Shown: in pieces, positions 47,865 through 56,784 of the stretch | Position numbering within the stretch: the stretch's first letter is position 1 | How the letters are laid out: each line of letters begins with the position of its first letter | NCBI RefSeq assembly: GCF_009789195.1 | Contig: NZ_WSTC01000006.1 | Span: 8,126 to 72,125, forward strand | Source of the DNA: Paenibacillus sp. MMS18-CY102 | GTDB lineage: Bacteria; Bacillota; Bacilli; Paenibacillales; Paenibacillaceae | DNA length: 64,000 bases | Direction of reading: 5' to 3' | Notes under the pieces: generated by a model | Seen by the model: only the letters and a program-made list of their open reading frames with translations | The model's database searches: none | Told to the model about the DNA's origin: nothing | Translations under genes and position numbers: made by a program

Positions 47865-48644
47865 TTGAAAGTAGGGTTGATTGTGAGCACGGGATTTGAC
47901 CTATCGAAAATAGCAGAGCAATGGGATGGCATCAATTGTGAGACGCAATGGGGCAATATCCCTTTCCGTAAAGCTAACGTAGGCGACCTAACGATCTATG
48001 CGGCTACCCGGAACGGGGCAAGCTCATGCGTCCCTCCGCATAAGGTCAATTACAAGGGAATTATGGCATCCTTTAAGAAACTCGGCATAGCCCAGATTGT
48101 ATCCTCTTCCGTTGTAGGTTCGTTAAATCCGGATATTCGGCCAGGAGACGTTGTAATACTAGATCAGTTTTTGGATTTTACTAAACGTACGCCGTTTACG
48201 GCTTTTGAGCATGAGTTTGCCTTTTGCGATTTTACGGAGCCCTACTGTTCGCGCCTACGAGCGCTTCTGATTGGCGTGTGTGGCCAATTAGAAATCGAGC
48301 ATCATAAGTCGGGCTGTTATGTCGGCGTTGATGGTCCAAGGTATGAGACCGCTGCTGAAGTTAGGATGTTTCACCGGCTTGGAGGAGACGTAGTAGGCAT
48401 GACCAATGTGCAAGAATGCATCATGGCCCGTGAGAGTGGGATTTGTTACTCCTCTGCTGCTTTAGTGGTGAATTATGGGGCTGGCATTGCTGGTCCAGTA
48501 ACGAGAAAGGATTGTTATGAACAAACATTAAAAAAGATCGGTGAACTGGAGGATCTCATAGCCGGGGTAATCGTTCAATTGAGAAACGTTCATGTTGAAT
48601 GCAGTTGTTCGCAAGTGCCATTGGATTTGATTACATACAAATAA
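47865..48644 (+). CDS. 5'-methylthioadenosine/purine-nucleoside phosphorylase family protein (MTAP/MtnP-like)
   Basis: Long collinear match to MTAP. HKVNYKGIMASFKKLGIAQIVSSSVVGSLNPDIRPGDVVILDQFLDFT aligns with [48 protein letters not shown]. Also GVDGPRYETAAEVRMFHRLGGDVVGMTNVQE. Confidence 0.75.
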   Translation: MKVGLIVSTGFDLSKIAEQWDGINCETQWGNIPFRKANVGDLTIYAATRNGASSCVPPHKVNYKGIMASFKKLGIAQIVSSSVVGSLNPDIRPGDVVILDQFLDFTKRTPFTAFEHEFAFCDFTEPYCSRLRALLIGVCGQLEIEHHKSGCYVGVDGPRYETAAEVRMFHRLGGDVVGMTNVQECIMARESGICYSSAALVVNYGAGIAGPVTRKDCYEQTLKKIGELEDLIAGVIVQLRNVHVECSCSQVPLDLITYK

Positions 48645-48696
48645 AGGCTGGAGGCTTGCTTGGATGCAGGCGAAAAAGTACAAGGGAGGAACCCCC

Positions 48697-50670
48697 ATGG
48701 AGCCCATGTTACAATCGCTTCTTGATCCTGCCGTCATGGAGTTGCGTGATCGAACAGGCAATAAAGCTTACTTCCTGAGTGTCATGCTGCAAGGAGGTTA
48801 CCGTGTTCCCGAGGGTTATGTGCTGCGCAATGATTTTCTCGACCAGCTAATCGCCAAGGCAGGGTTAACTGAGGAATTCCAACTGCTGTTGCGCTCGGAA
48901 CAGGTTCTTAACCGGTTTGCCAAGCTGCAGAAGATGATTGCCAGCCTCCCCTACGCTGATGAAGATAGGATGATGCTGCTAGAAGTGAAAAGAAAGCTCG
49001 GAGGGAATATAGTCATTCGAAGCTCGGCGCCAGGAGAAGATGGAGCCAACTCCAGCATGGCGGGCTTATATACCTCCTATACGAATATTACAGATGATAA
49101 CGAATGCCTGCAGTGTGTGTTGAATTGTTTTGCTTCGGCCTATACGCAAGGAGTGTATACACAAAATCATTTTGGCGAAGGTACGGCTATCGTGATGCAA
49201 ACGTTTGTTGATTTTGAAATTGGCGGCGTGGCTTTTAGCCAAGATATATATAGCGATGGAAACGAAATGCTGCTCAATTACAAAGTTGGCGGTATCGAAG
49301 GGGTCGTTAGCGGCCAGCATTCGGGATTTTCTGCCAGAGTTCCACGAACAGGCGATATGCCAATCCTTGCGCATTTGGAACGTGAACAGGTTGCCATGCT
49401 TCTGAATTGGGGACAGGAATTCGAACAACTCGTTGGAGGGGCGGTTGATTTTGAATGGGGGCTCTGTGAGGGGAATTTATACTGCGTGCAGTTGCGCCCG
49501 GTTACATCACTCCGAGGATCGCTGGATGTTCCTGCCATTGTAGATATTGATGACGTAAAGGCTTGCTCACGTTTAAATCTAGGTGTTTTGAAAGAAAAGC
49601 ATATGCGTTGGTTTGATAAGAAGCATCATGTTCGTAAAATGTGTAAGGCATTAGGCATTCGAGTGACGAACGTGCGTTACGTAATTAGCCCTGCTGGGGA
49701 GCCTGCTATTGTGGGTGCCATCAATGATGTGCTGTCGGCTATGGAAACTCCTTATATCGAAGCGTATGATGGTGATCGTTTCACGATCCTTTGTAGAGAA
49801 CAATTATTGCAATATGCCAAAGACAAAAGCCAGGGTTTCCAAGAAGAACTTAAAATACTCGTTCAAGAGTTTACGAGTACAGTCTATTGCGGTTATGCCA
49901 GCATCGATAAGGATGGGCTCGTTTACGTTGAAACCTTGCCTGGAGGATTTCGGACGTTCTGGCTAGATGGGGCAACGCCCACCACATATTTAGTAACGGT
50001 TGACGGCGAGGCGGTAAAAGAAAAAATACAGACTGTTACTGGATATTTTGATTTTTGTTCTGAATCCAAAGATTTTGAACCTATTCATCCAGAAAAACCG
50101 TTCATGCATGGCTTAGAAGAAAAACAATTAAAAGAAATAGCTGATATGACAGGGAATCTTTCCCGCAAACTGGGGGAGGTTCGCATTGAATGGGTATTTG
50201 ATGGCAATCACATTCGGTTCTTTGATCTATCGGAGGAGACCAGGCCGCTGGTTGAAACGTTGGGATTGGGCAATATGTTGTCGACAGGTTTTGCAGCGGG
50301 ACAGGTTTGTATTCTTGATGATATCGATACCTTCGATGTTCTCTTCAACGACATTATTAGCGAGATTGATGTCGTGCCTAAAGCGTCTTTTAACAAGACG
50401 GTTCATTCGGATCGTTGCCAAGCGATGATTGAGGAGCTGCTGCAAGGCAAGGAGAGCCCAATCGTCGTCGCGGAATACCCTAAACGGACGCTTGCTGTAT
50501 TGGCGGACTACGTATCAGGGTTTATTTTCGAACGTGGGGCTCTTCTATGCCATCTCGCAATTATTTTGAGAGAGAAACAAGTGCCAGCGGTCGTGGTTGA
50601 AGATGCAAGGGAGACCTTGCGTACGATCAAAAATGTACGCATTGCCGAAGGGGATGTCGCAGTTTTCTGA
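48697..50670 (+). CDS. second PEP-synthase-like phosphotransferase (ATP-grasp-type N-domain + phosphohistidine swivel domain)
   Basis: N-terminal GNKAYFLSVMLQGGYRVPEGYVL. C-terminal VVAEYPKRTLAVLADYVSGFIFERGALLCHLAIILREKQVPAVVV with the conserved His. Start MEPML after an AAGGGAGGAA RBS. Confidence 0.6.
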   Translation: MEPMLQSLLDPAVMELRDRTGNKAYFLSVMLQGGYRVPEGYVLRNDFLDQLIAKAGLTEEFQLLLRSEQVLNRFAKLQKMIASLPYADEDRMMLLEVKRKLGGNIVIRSSAPGEDGANSSMAGLYTSYTNITDDNECLQCVLNCFASAYTQGVYTQNHFGEGTAIVMQTFVDFEIGGVAFSQDIYSDGNEMLLNYKVGGIEGVVSGQHSGFSARVPRTGDMPILAHLEREQVAMLLNWGQEFEQLVGGAVDFEWGLCEGNLYCVQLRPVTSLRGSLDVPAIVDIDDVKACSRLNLGVLKEKHMRWFDKKHHVRKMCKALGIRVTNVRYVISPAGEPAIVGAINDVLSAMETPYIEAYDGDRFTILCREQLLQYAKDKSQGFQEELKILVQEFTSTVYCGYASIDKDGLVYVETLPGGFRTFWLDGATPTTYLVTVDGEAVKEKIQTVTGYFDFCSESKDFEPIHPEKPFMHGLEEKQLKEIADMTGNLSRKLGEVRIEWVFDGNHIRFFDLSEETRPLVETLGLGNMLSTGFAAGQVCILDDIDTFDVLFNDIISEIDVVPKASFNKTVHSDRCQAMIEELLQGKESPIVVAEYPKRTLAVLADYVSGFIFERGALLCHLAIILREKQVPAVVVEDARETLRTIKNVRIAEGDVAVF

Positions 50671-50694
50671 TGCCACTGGGGAGAGTGAACAAGC

Positions 50695-51354
50695 ATGACA
50701 TGGAACGAATTCATTAAAGGTTTAGAAAGCTTGGATTGGAAGCAAGACACGCCTGAAACCTTCAATAAAGTGGAGGCACTCTTAAAAGGCATCTCACAAA
50801 ATCCCGAAGAGTTGGAGAAGAGATGCCAAGAAATTGTTTCTAATCCAGATCTCTTGCAGAACTATAAACCTCACATGAGCTATCCTAACAAGATCATGGA
50901 TATATTTGTTCTTTATCTTGCGCCTGACAACGGTTTCGCAGTACGGATGCACAGGCTGAAGACGAAGCAGGATAACGCTCATAAAATCCCTCAAGTGCAC
51001 AGCCATGAATGGTCCTATTCGACTCTTATACTGAAAGGTTCTTATCAGGAAAGAAACTATCAGGTAAATTCGATGTCGGAGGAAAACCATACGGCGCAAT
51101 TGGCGTTAATCGAGGATCACGTATTAACAGCAAACGAAATCAATACGGGCATGGCGGGCACCCCGCATATCACTATTAATCATGAAGAAGAGAGCTGCAT
51201 CACTTTATTTGTAAGAGGGAACTTCCAAGGGACAGGCTTTAAAGTCTATCAAATGGAAGAGGGTACCTTCACGTTTAGCGATGGAAAATTCAAGCAGGCA
51301 GAGGAGACTGTCCTTTGCCGGGAACTTATGCGCATCGGCCGACTACAATCTTGA
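50695..51354 (+). CDS. cupin-fold protein, cysteine-dioxygenase-type-I-like (HxH motif)
   Basis: IPQVHSHEWSYSTLILKGSYQE resembles the CDO-type metal-binding HxH...L.G motif. Weak assignment. Confidence 0.35.
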   Translation: MTWNEFIKGLESLDWKQDTPETFNKVEALLKGISQNPEELEKRCQEIVSNPDLLQNYKPHMSYPNKIMDIFVLYLAPDNGFAVRMHRLKTKQDNAHKIPQVHSHEWSYSTLILKGSYQERNYQVNSMSEENHTAQLALIEDHVLTANEINTGMAGTPHITINHEEESCITLFVRGNFQGTGFKVYQMEEGTFTFSDGKFKQAEETVLCRELMRIGRLQS

Positions 51355-51373
51355 CAGAAGTGGAGAGCACATC

Positions 51374-53011
51374 ATGTATGTACTTGGATTGAATTGCGGC
51401 AAACATGACTCTTCTGCCGCATTGGTAAAGGATGGGCAGTTGATCGCTATGGCTGAGCAGGAACGATTCAGCCGGAATAAAAGGGCTGTGGGTGAAGCGC
51501 CGGTTGATGCGATTTTATTTTGTCTCACTAAAGCTGGAATCGGGCTGGAGGACGTGAACGCTGTTGCTTTGGGCTGGAATTATTCCCGCACGCGTGAATT
51601 GTACAACGAGCCGGCGGATGGAAGGGACCAGAGAGAGGTTCTGTTTCCTAAATCAGTGTTTAAGGCAACGGCGATTCCTCCGATTATGCCTGTCGATCAT
51701 CATTTAGCCCATGCAGCTAGTGCATTCTGGCCAAGCGGGTTTAAGGAATCTGCCATTCTGGTTGTTGACGGCGGTGGGGAAACGGAATCAACAACAATCG
51801 CATACGGAAATGGAAACGGCATTCAGGTTCTTGAATCTCTTCCCTTGCCAGGTTCATTGGGACACTACTATGCAGCGGCGACCCGTTATGTTGGCATGAA
51901 GGCAAGGCATGCCGGGAAGATGATGGGGCTTGCTGCATACGGGAAGCCGGATCAGGCTATGCCGCTTTCTGTCGATGAAACTGGCCTGAATTGGCGGGGG
52001 TTATCTGAGTTAGAGCATTCTGGATCCTACTCCGCAATGGAGTCGTTTCGAGCAGCATTGGAAGACCATTTCGAACAGAATTGTTTTCCTTTTAAAAAAG
52101 GGACAGGAGAAGATCTATTCGCCTATGTATCCTTTGCAGCATCTGCCCAGAAGTCGTTAGAAGAGGCAATTTTGTCGTTGGCGGAACGGGCATGTTCCTT
52201 AACGAAACAGCGAAATATCGTGCTTGCCGGCGGGGTAGCGCTGAACTGCAGCGCCAATGGCAAGCTGGCCCGATCTGGCATTGCCAATAACCTATTTGTT
52301 CAACCTGCAGCGAGTGATTCAGGTGTTTCTTGGGGGGCTGCGCTAGTACTATCGCAGCGATTGGGCGTTAATATGCAGAGTGAAGCGATGCGGCATGCCT
52401 ATTGGGGACCAGATTATAGCCACTGTGACATCGAGGCCAGCCTGAATGATGCACAACTTAAATTTGAACGGCTTACCCATGAAGAGCTCATCGAACAGGT
52501 TGCTATGTGCCTACATCATAAAAAGATCGTCGGGTGGTTTCAGGGTCGAGCGGAAATCGGGCCGCGTGCCCTGGGGGCGCGGAGCATTCTCGGAAATCCA
52601 ACTGACCGGGATACACTAATTCGTTTAAATAGAATCAAGTGCCGTGAGATGTGGCGGCCTTTTGCGCCTAGTGTGGCAGAAGAGAGTTTCCATCACTATT
52701 TTGACAGCCCTCATCCTTCTCCGTTTATGATTGTCGCCGCCAAGGTTCATGAATCCATGCGCAAGAGAATTCCTGCAGTCGTACACGCAGATGGCACAGC
52801 ACGCCCTCAATCGGTACGCAGGGAAGATAATGAACTTTATTGGAAACTGCTTCAGAAATTCGGCGAATACAGTGGAATGCCGGTCCTTGTGAACACCTCG
52901 TTTAATTTGGATAAAGAACCGATCGTACACACGCCGGGGCAAGCAATAACTGATTTTATCAATACGGAGATGGACGTGCTGGCCATCGGCAACTATATAG
53001 TGAGGAAGTAA
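51374..53011 (+). CDS. NodU/CmcH-family carbamoyltransferase (TobZ/NovN-like)
   Basis: N-terminus MYVLGLNCGKHDSSAALVKDGQLIAMAEQERFSRNK and a C-terminal YrdC-like region, typical of O/N-carbamoyltransferases. Confidence 0.75.
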   Translation: MYVLGLNCGKHDSSAALVKDGQLIAMAEQERFSRNKRAVGEAPVDAILFCLTKAGIGLEDVNAVALGWNYSRTRELYNEPADGRDQREVLFPKSVFKATAIPPIMPVDHHLAHAASAFWPSGFKESAILVVDGGGETESTTIAYGNGNGIQVLESLPLPGSLGHYYAAATRYVGMKARHAGKMMGLAAYGKPDQAMPLSVDETGLNWRGLSELEHSGSYSAMESFRAALEDHFEQNCFPFKKGTGEDLFAYVSFAASAQKSLEEAILSLAERACSLTKQRNIVLAGGVALNCSANGKLARSGIANNLFVQPAASDSGVSWGAALVLSQRLGVNMQSEAMRHAYWGPDYSHCDIEASLNDAQLKFERLTHEELIEQVAMCLHHKKIVGWFQGRAEIGPRALGARSILGNPTDRDTLIRLNRIKCREMWRPFAPSVAEESFHHYFDSPHPSPFMIVAAKVHESMRKRIPAVVHADGTARPQSVRREDNELYWKLLQKFGEYSGMPVLVNTSFNLDKEPIVHTPGQAITDFINTEMDVLAIGNYIVRK

Positions 53012-53025
53012 GGGGTGATTTTACG

Positions 53026-53997
53026 GTGTTCGATCGTATCATCGACCGGGTGGGAAACACTCCGTTGCTTAAAATTCCGATTCAGGATTTGCCCACGGTG
53101 AATGTTTACAGCAAGTTGGAATTTCATAATCCGACAGGCAGCGTTAAAGATAGAGCGGCAAGTTATATCCTTCACAAATTAATAGAAGACAAAGAAATTG
53201 TGCCTGGCGATACGATAATCGAGTCTACTTCGGGAAATTTCGGAATTGCTCTGGCCGTTTTCACGCAAGCTTTGGGCTACAGATTTATTTGTGTAATCGA
53301 CCCGAATATTTCGGAAGTAAATGAATTTTTGATCCGAAAATTTTGTCCGAATGTAATAAAGGTATCCGAGGTCGACGAGAATGGCGGTTATTTGCTAAGT
53401 CGGATTAAAAAGGTGAAACAGTTGCTGAGGGAGATCCCGAATTCGTATTGGATCAATCAGTACAGCAGCGAATATAACGCGGATGCTTATTGCGATACGT
53501 TAGGTGAAGAACTAATAGGTGAGATAGGCCGAATCGACTATTTGTTTTTAGGAGTGAGTTCAGGGGGGACTATTACCGGGGTGTCCCGAAAAATTAAGCA
53601 AATGTTTCCGGATTGTAAGGTCATCGCTGTGGACATTTATGGTTCCGTCATATTCGGGCAGCCTCCAAAGAAACGATACATACCGGGGATTGGCTCCAGT
53701 ATGGTTCCAGAAATTTTGAAGAATGCCCTGATCGACGACGTCATTTATGTTGATGAAGTCGAAACGGTGGAAGGATGTCACGAACTGCTGCAAAGCCATT
53801 ATATTTTTGCAGGAGGCTCGTCGGGATCTGTCTATGTCGCCATAAAAAAATATTTTAAGGATGCAAACATTCAAAATGCGCCTAATGTTGTTACGATTTT
53901 TCCTGATAAGGGAGAGCGTTATTTAAACACCATCTATAACAATGAGTGGTGCAGGCGGCTTATTGCCAATGCATCGAATGAAATCAAATACAGCTAG
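53026..53997 (+). CDS. PLP-dependent cysteine-synthase-family enzyme, SbnA-like
   Basis: NTPLLKI...SKLEFHNPTGSVKDRAASYIL (PLP-Lys motif). Pairs with the next gene. Confidence 0.65.
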   Translation: MFDRIIDRVGNTPLLKIPIQDLPTVNVYSKLEFHNPTGSVKDRAASYILHKLIEDKEIVPGDTIIESTSGNFGIALAVFTQALGYRFICVIDPNISEVNEFLIRKFCPNVIKVSEVDENGGYLLSRIKKVKQLLREIPNSYWINQYSSEYNADAYCDTLGEELIGEIGRIDYLFLGVSSGGTITGVSRKIKQMFPDCKVIAVDIYGSVIFGQPPKKRYIPGIGSSMVPEILKNALIDDVIYVDEVETVEGCHELLQSHYIFAGGSSGSVYVAIKKYFKDANIQNAPNVVTIFPDKGERYLNTIYNNEWCRRLIANASNEIKYS

Positions 53998-54007
53998 GAG
54001 ATGCGCA

Positions 54008-54967
54008 ATGCGCTACTTGAACGAAGAGGATATCAAGTCGATTGGGATGCCGTGGGAAGATCTGATCGCAGCCATTGAGGCTACAGTCGATTGTATGAGA
54101 GCGCATGACTATGTCCAGCCTGTCAAACCGTATTTGAGATACCGTAACCCTGATAATCGAATTATTGCAATGCCTGCATTTGTAGGGGGGGCGGTTGAGG
54201 CGGCGGGCATCAAGTGGATATCTAGCTTTCCAGACAATCATCAAATGCAGCTTCCCAGAGCGCATAGTGTAGTGATACTCAATGAGCCAGATACAGGGCA
54301 ACCTCTAGCCATTATTAATACAGCATTGCTGAGCATTATGAGGACGGTGGCAGTATCCGGTTTCTTCGTCAAGGGCTATATGGCGGCAAGAAAGCCGTGC
54401 AAGGTTAAAGTCGGCATAATAGGCCTTGGCCCGATTGGAACGCATCATTTGAAGTTTTTTGAGGACATTTACGGACAATGGATAGATGCTTTTTTGCTTT
54501 ATGACGAAAACCCGATGAAGCTGGACGGCTTAATGGATAGGGATCGCATGACAATAACACCAACATGGGAAGAAGCGTACATTGAGGCTGACATTGTATT
54601 AACATGTACAACAGCTAAGAGGCCTTATATTTGCCTTCCACCCAAGAAAGGGGCGCTTCTCTTAAATGTATCGCTGCGAGATTATGGATCGCAAATATTT
54701 GATTCTGTCGAACATGCAATTATTGTCGATAACTGGACTGAGGTTTGCAGGGAGAATACGGATATTGAAAAGATGCATCTTGAACGAGGATTAAAGGAAG
54801 AGGATACATGCAGCATCACGGATCTGGAGCAGGGCATATGGCATCAATGGCTTGGCGCCGATCACCCGATTATGGTGAACCCGATGGGAATGGCGTCTTT
54901 CGATATTGCAATCGGCAAGTATTATTTGAACAAGGCCATAGAGAAGGGAATTGGAACCATACTTTAG
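54008..54967 (+). CDS. ornithine-cyclodeaminase/mu-crystallin family NAD enzyme, SbnB-like
   Basis: OCD-family size and Rossmann region (KVGIIGLGPIGTHH). Start MRYLNEED after an AGGAG RBS. Confidence 0.65.
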   Translation: MRYLNEEDIKSIGMPWEDLIAAIEATVDCMRAHDYVQPVKPYLRYRNPDNRIIAMPAFVGGAVEAAGIKWISSFPDNHQMQLPRAHSVVILNEPDTGQPLAIINTALLSIMRTVAVSGFFVKGYMAARKPCKVKVGIIGLGPIGTHHLKFFEDIYGQWIDAFLLYDENPMKLDGLMDRDRMTITPTWEEAYIEADIVLTCTTAKRPYICLPPKKGALLLNVSLRDYGSQIFDSVEHAIIVDNWTEVCRENTDIEKMHLERGLKEEDTCSITDLEQGIWHQWLGADHPIMVNPMGMASFDIAIGKYYLNKAIEKGIGTIL

Positions 54968-54983
54968 GACGGAGGATAAAAAG

Positions 54984-56780
54984 GTGGTATCTGTAGACAG
55001 TTCTGCACCCCAACGCATGAAAGAACGGATGATTTTGCGCATCTACTGGTGGGTTCTTTCGTTCTTGTTTCCTTACAAATGGCAGCTGTTAACTGTGCTC
55101 GCATGCAGCATGGTGATTTCTGGAATTGAGCTCGCCATCCCTAAATTTATCGAGCATTTAATTGACCAAATTATGTCCGTCGGCCATTTTTCGAATTTTG
55201 GCGAAACACTCGCTGTGATGGCGGGTTTGCTCATTATTATGTTCGGCATATCTGCCCTGCGGATGCTCGTTCAGCGCCACATGCAGGAAAAGGCTGCTAG
55301 CGATTTGCAATTCCGGATTATTCAGCAACTGCGTACGTTAGGCTATTCTTATTTTGAAAAGCATGCCGTAGGCGAGAGCCTGTCACTCGTGAACACGGAA
55401 TTAAACGCTGTACAAAACATATATCGCAGTGCATTCCCAAGCATGGTCAATGAATTAATATTTGCCGCACTCTCGTTCGGGTTTATGTTTTCGATCCATG
55501 CGGGGTTGTCCTTATTGATCATCCCGTTTTTCGGCCTGTATTATGTGATGGGCCCTTATTTCGAGAAGAAGGCAGCTAACGCGCAAGCGGAATGGGGAGA
55601 GAATCGGATCCGCTACAACCGCAAGATTTACGAGAGCGTGTCGGCGATCTCGGAGCTAAGGGCGAACGGCGCCCAGCCGTGGGACTATCGCCAATTTATG
55701 GACAAGCGCCAGGCGATGGATGACGGGATGGTTCGAACGTTCTGGTATTCCTTCCTGCGCGGTTCTGTACGCCGGTTTTGCAATAATCTCGGGGCTATCG
55801 CAATCTTCATAGTTGGCTTCTATCTCATCAAAGACGGGGCGATCAGCATCGGGGCTTTTACAGCCTTTATGCTGTACTATTTCAACTCGATCTTTAAGCT
55901 AACGGTCGTAGTCACCCTGATCACCGAGCAAAGGCTGCAAATGGTTCAAGCTAAGCGGATTTATGATTTCATGCATCTTGAACCGGAAGTGAAGGAGAAA
56001 GAGAATGCTCGGGCTATTGGCCATGTCGAGGGCAAGATTGATTTTGACCGGGTTTCGTTTCACTATGGCGATGGAAGCCATGCGATTATTCATGATTTTT
56101 CGTTATCGGTCCAAAGCGGGGAGAAGGTTGCGTTGGTTGGATTAAGCGGTGGCGGAAAGTCGACGCTTACTAAATTAATTGGCCGTTTCTATGATCCGAA
56201 ACAGGGTGAGATTCGTCTCGACAATGTCCCCCTGGCCGACATGAAGCTGTCGGATCTGCGAAACAGCATGGGTTTTGTGTTCCAAGATACCTTCTTGTTC
56301 GGAAGCACGATTGAAGAGAACATCAGGTTCGGCAACCCGGATGCATCCGATGAAGAGGTTATAGCAGCGGCTAAGGCAGCGTATGCAGATGAATTTATCC
56401 AACAGCTGCCTATGGGATACGCCACGGTTGTGGGCGAGAGAGGGGTCAAGCTATCTGGCGGCCAGAAACAGCGGATATCAATTGCGCGCATGTTTGTCAA
56501 AAATCCTTCGATCGTCGTTTTGGATGAAGCGACCTCCGCACTCGACAATATAAGCGAGTTAGAAGTGAAGAAAGCATTGGACGCCTTGCTGCAGGGCAGG
56601 ACGACCATTGCTGTCGCACATCGGTTGTCTACGATTGCTAATTACGACCGGATCGTCGTTGTTCATGAGGGGAAAGCAGCCGAGGTTGGCAGCTATAACG
56701 AGTTGCTTGCGTTAGGCGGCATTTTTTATCAAATGGTTCATGGCAACGATTCGACTGCAATACTGCCGGAGGTGATGTGA
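54984..56780 (+). CDS. ABC exporter, fused TMD-NBD (type I exporter half-transporter)
   Basis: Six TM segments then Walker A GLSGGGKST, signature LSGGQKQR and Walker B VVLDEATSALD. GTG start after a GGAGGA RBS. Confidence 0.75.
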   Translation: MVSVDSSAPQRMKERMILRIYWWVLSFLFPYKWQLLTVLACSMVISGIELAIPKFIEHLIDQIMSVGHFSNFGETLAVMAGLLIIMFGISALRMLVQRHMQEKAASDLQFRIIQQLRTLGYSYFEKHAVGESLSLVNTELNAVQNIYRSAFPSMVNELIFAALSFGFMFSIHAGLSLLIIPFFGLYYVMGPYFEKKAANAQAEWGENRIRYNRKIYESVSAISELRANGAQPWDYRQFMDKRQAMDDGMVRTFWYSFLRGSVRRFCNNLGAIAIFIVGFYLIKDGAISIGAFTAFMLYYFNSIFKLTVVVTLITEQRLQMVQAKRIYDFMHLEPEVKEKENARAIGHVEGKIDFDRVSFHYGDGSHAIIHDFSLSVQSGEKVALVGLSGGGKSTLTKLIGRFYDPKQGEIRLDNVPLADMKLSDLRNSMGFVFQDTFLFGSTIEENIRFGNPDASDEEVIAAAKAAYADEFIQQLPMGYATVVGERGVKLSGGQKQRISIARMFVKNPSIVVLDEATSALDNISELEVKKALDALLQGRTTIAVAHRLSTIANYDRIVVVHEGKAAEVGSYNELLALGGIFYQMVHGNDSTAILPEVM

Positions 56781-56784
56781 GGCT

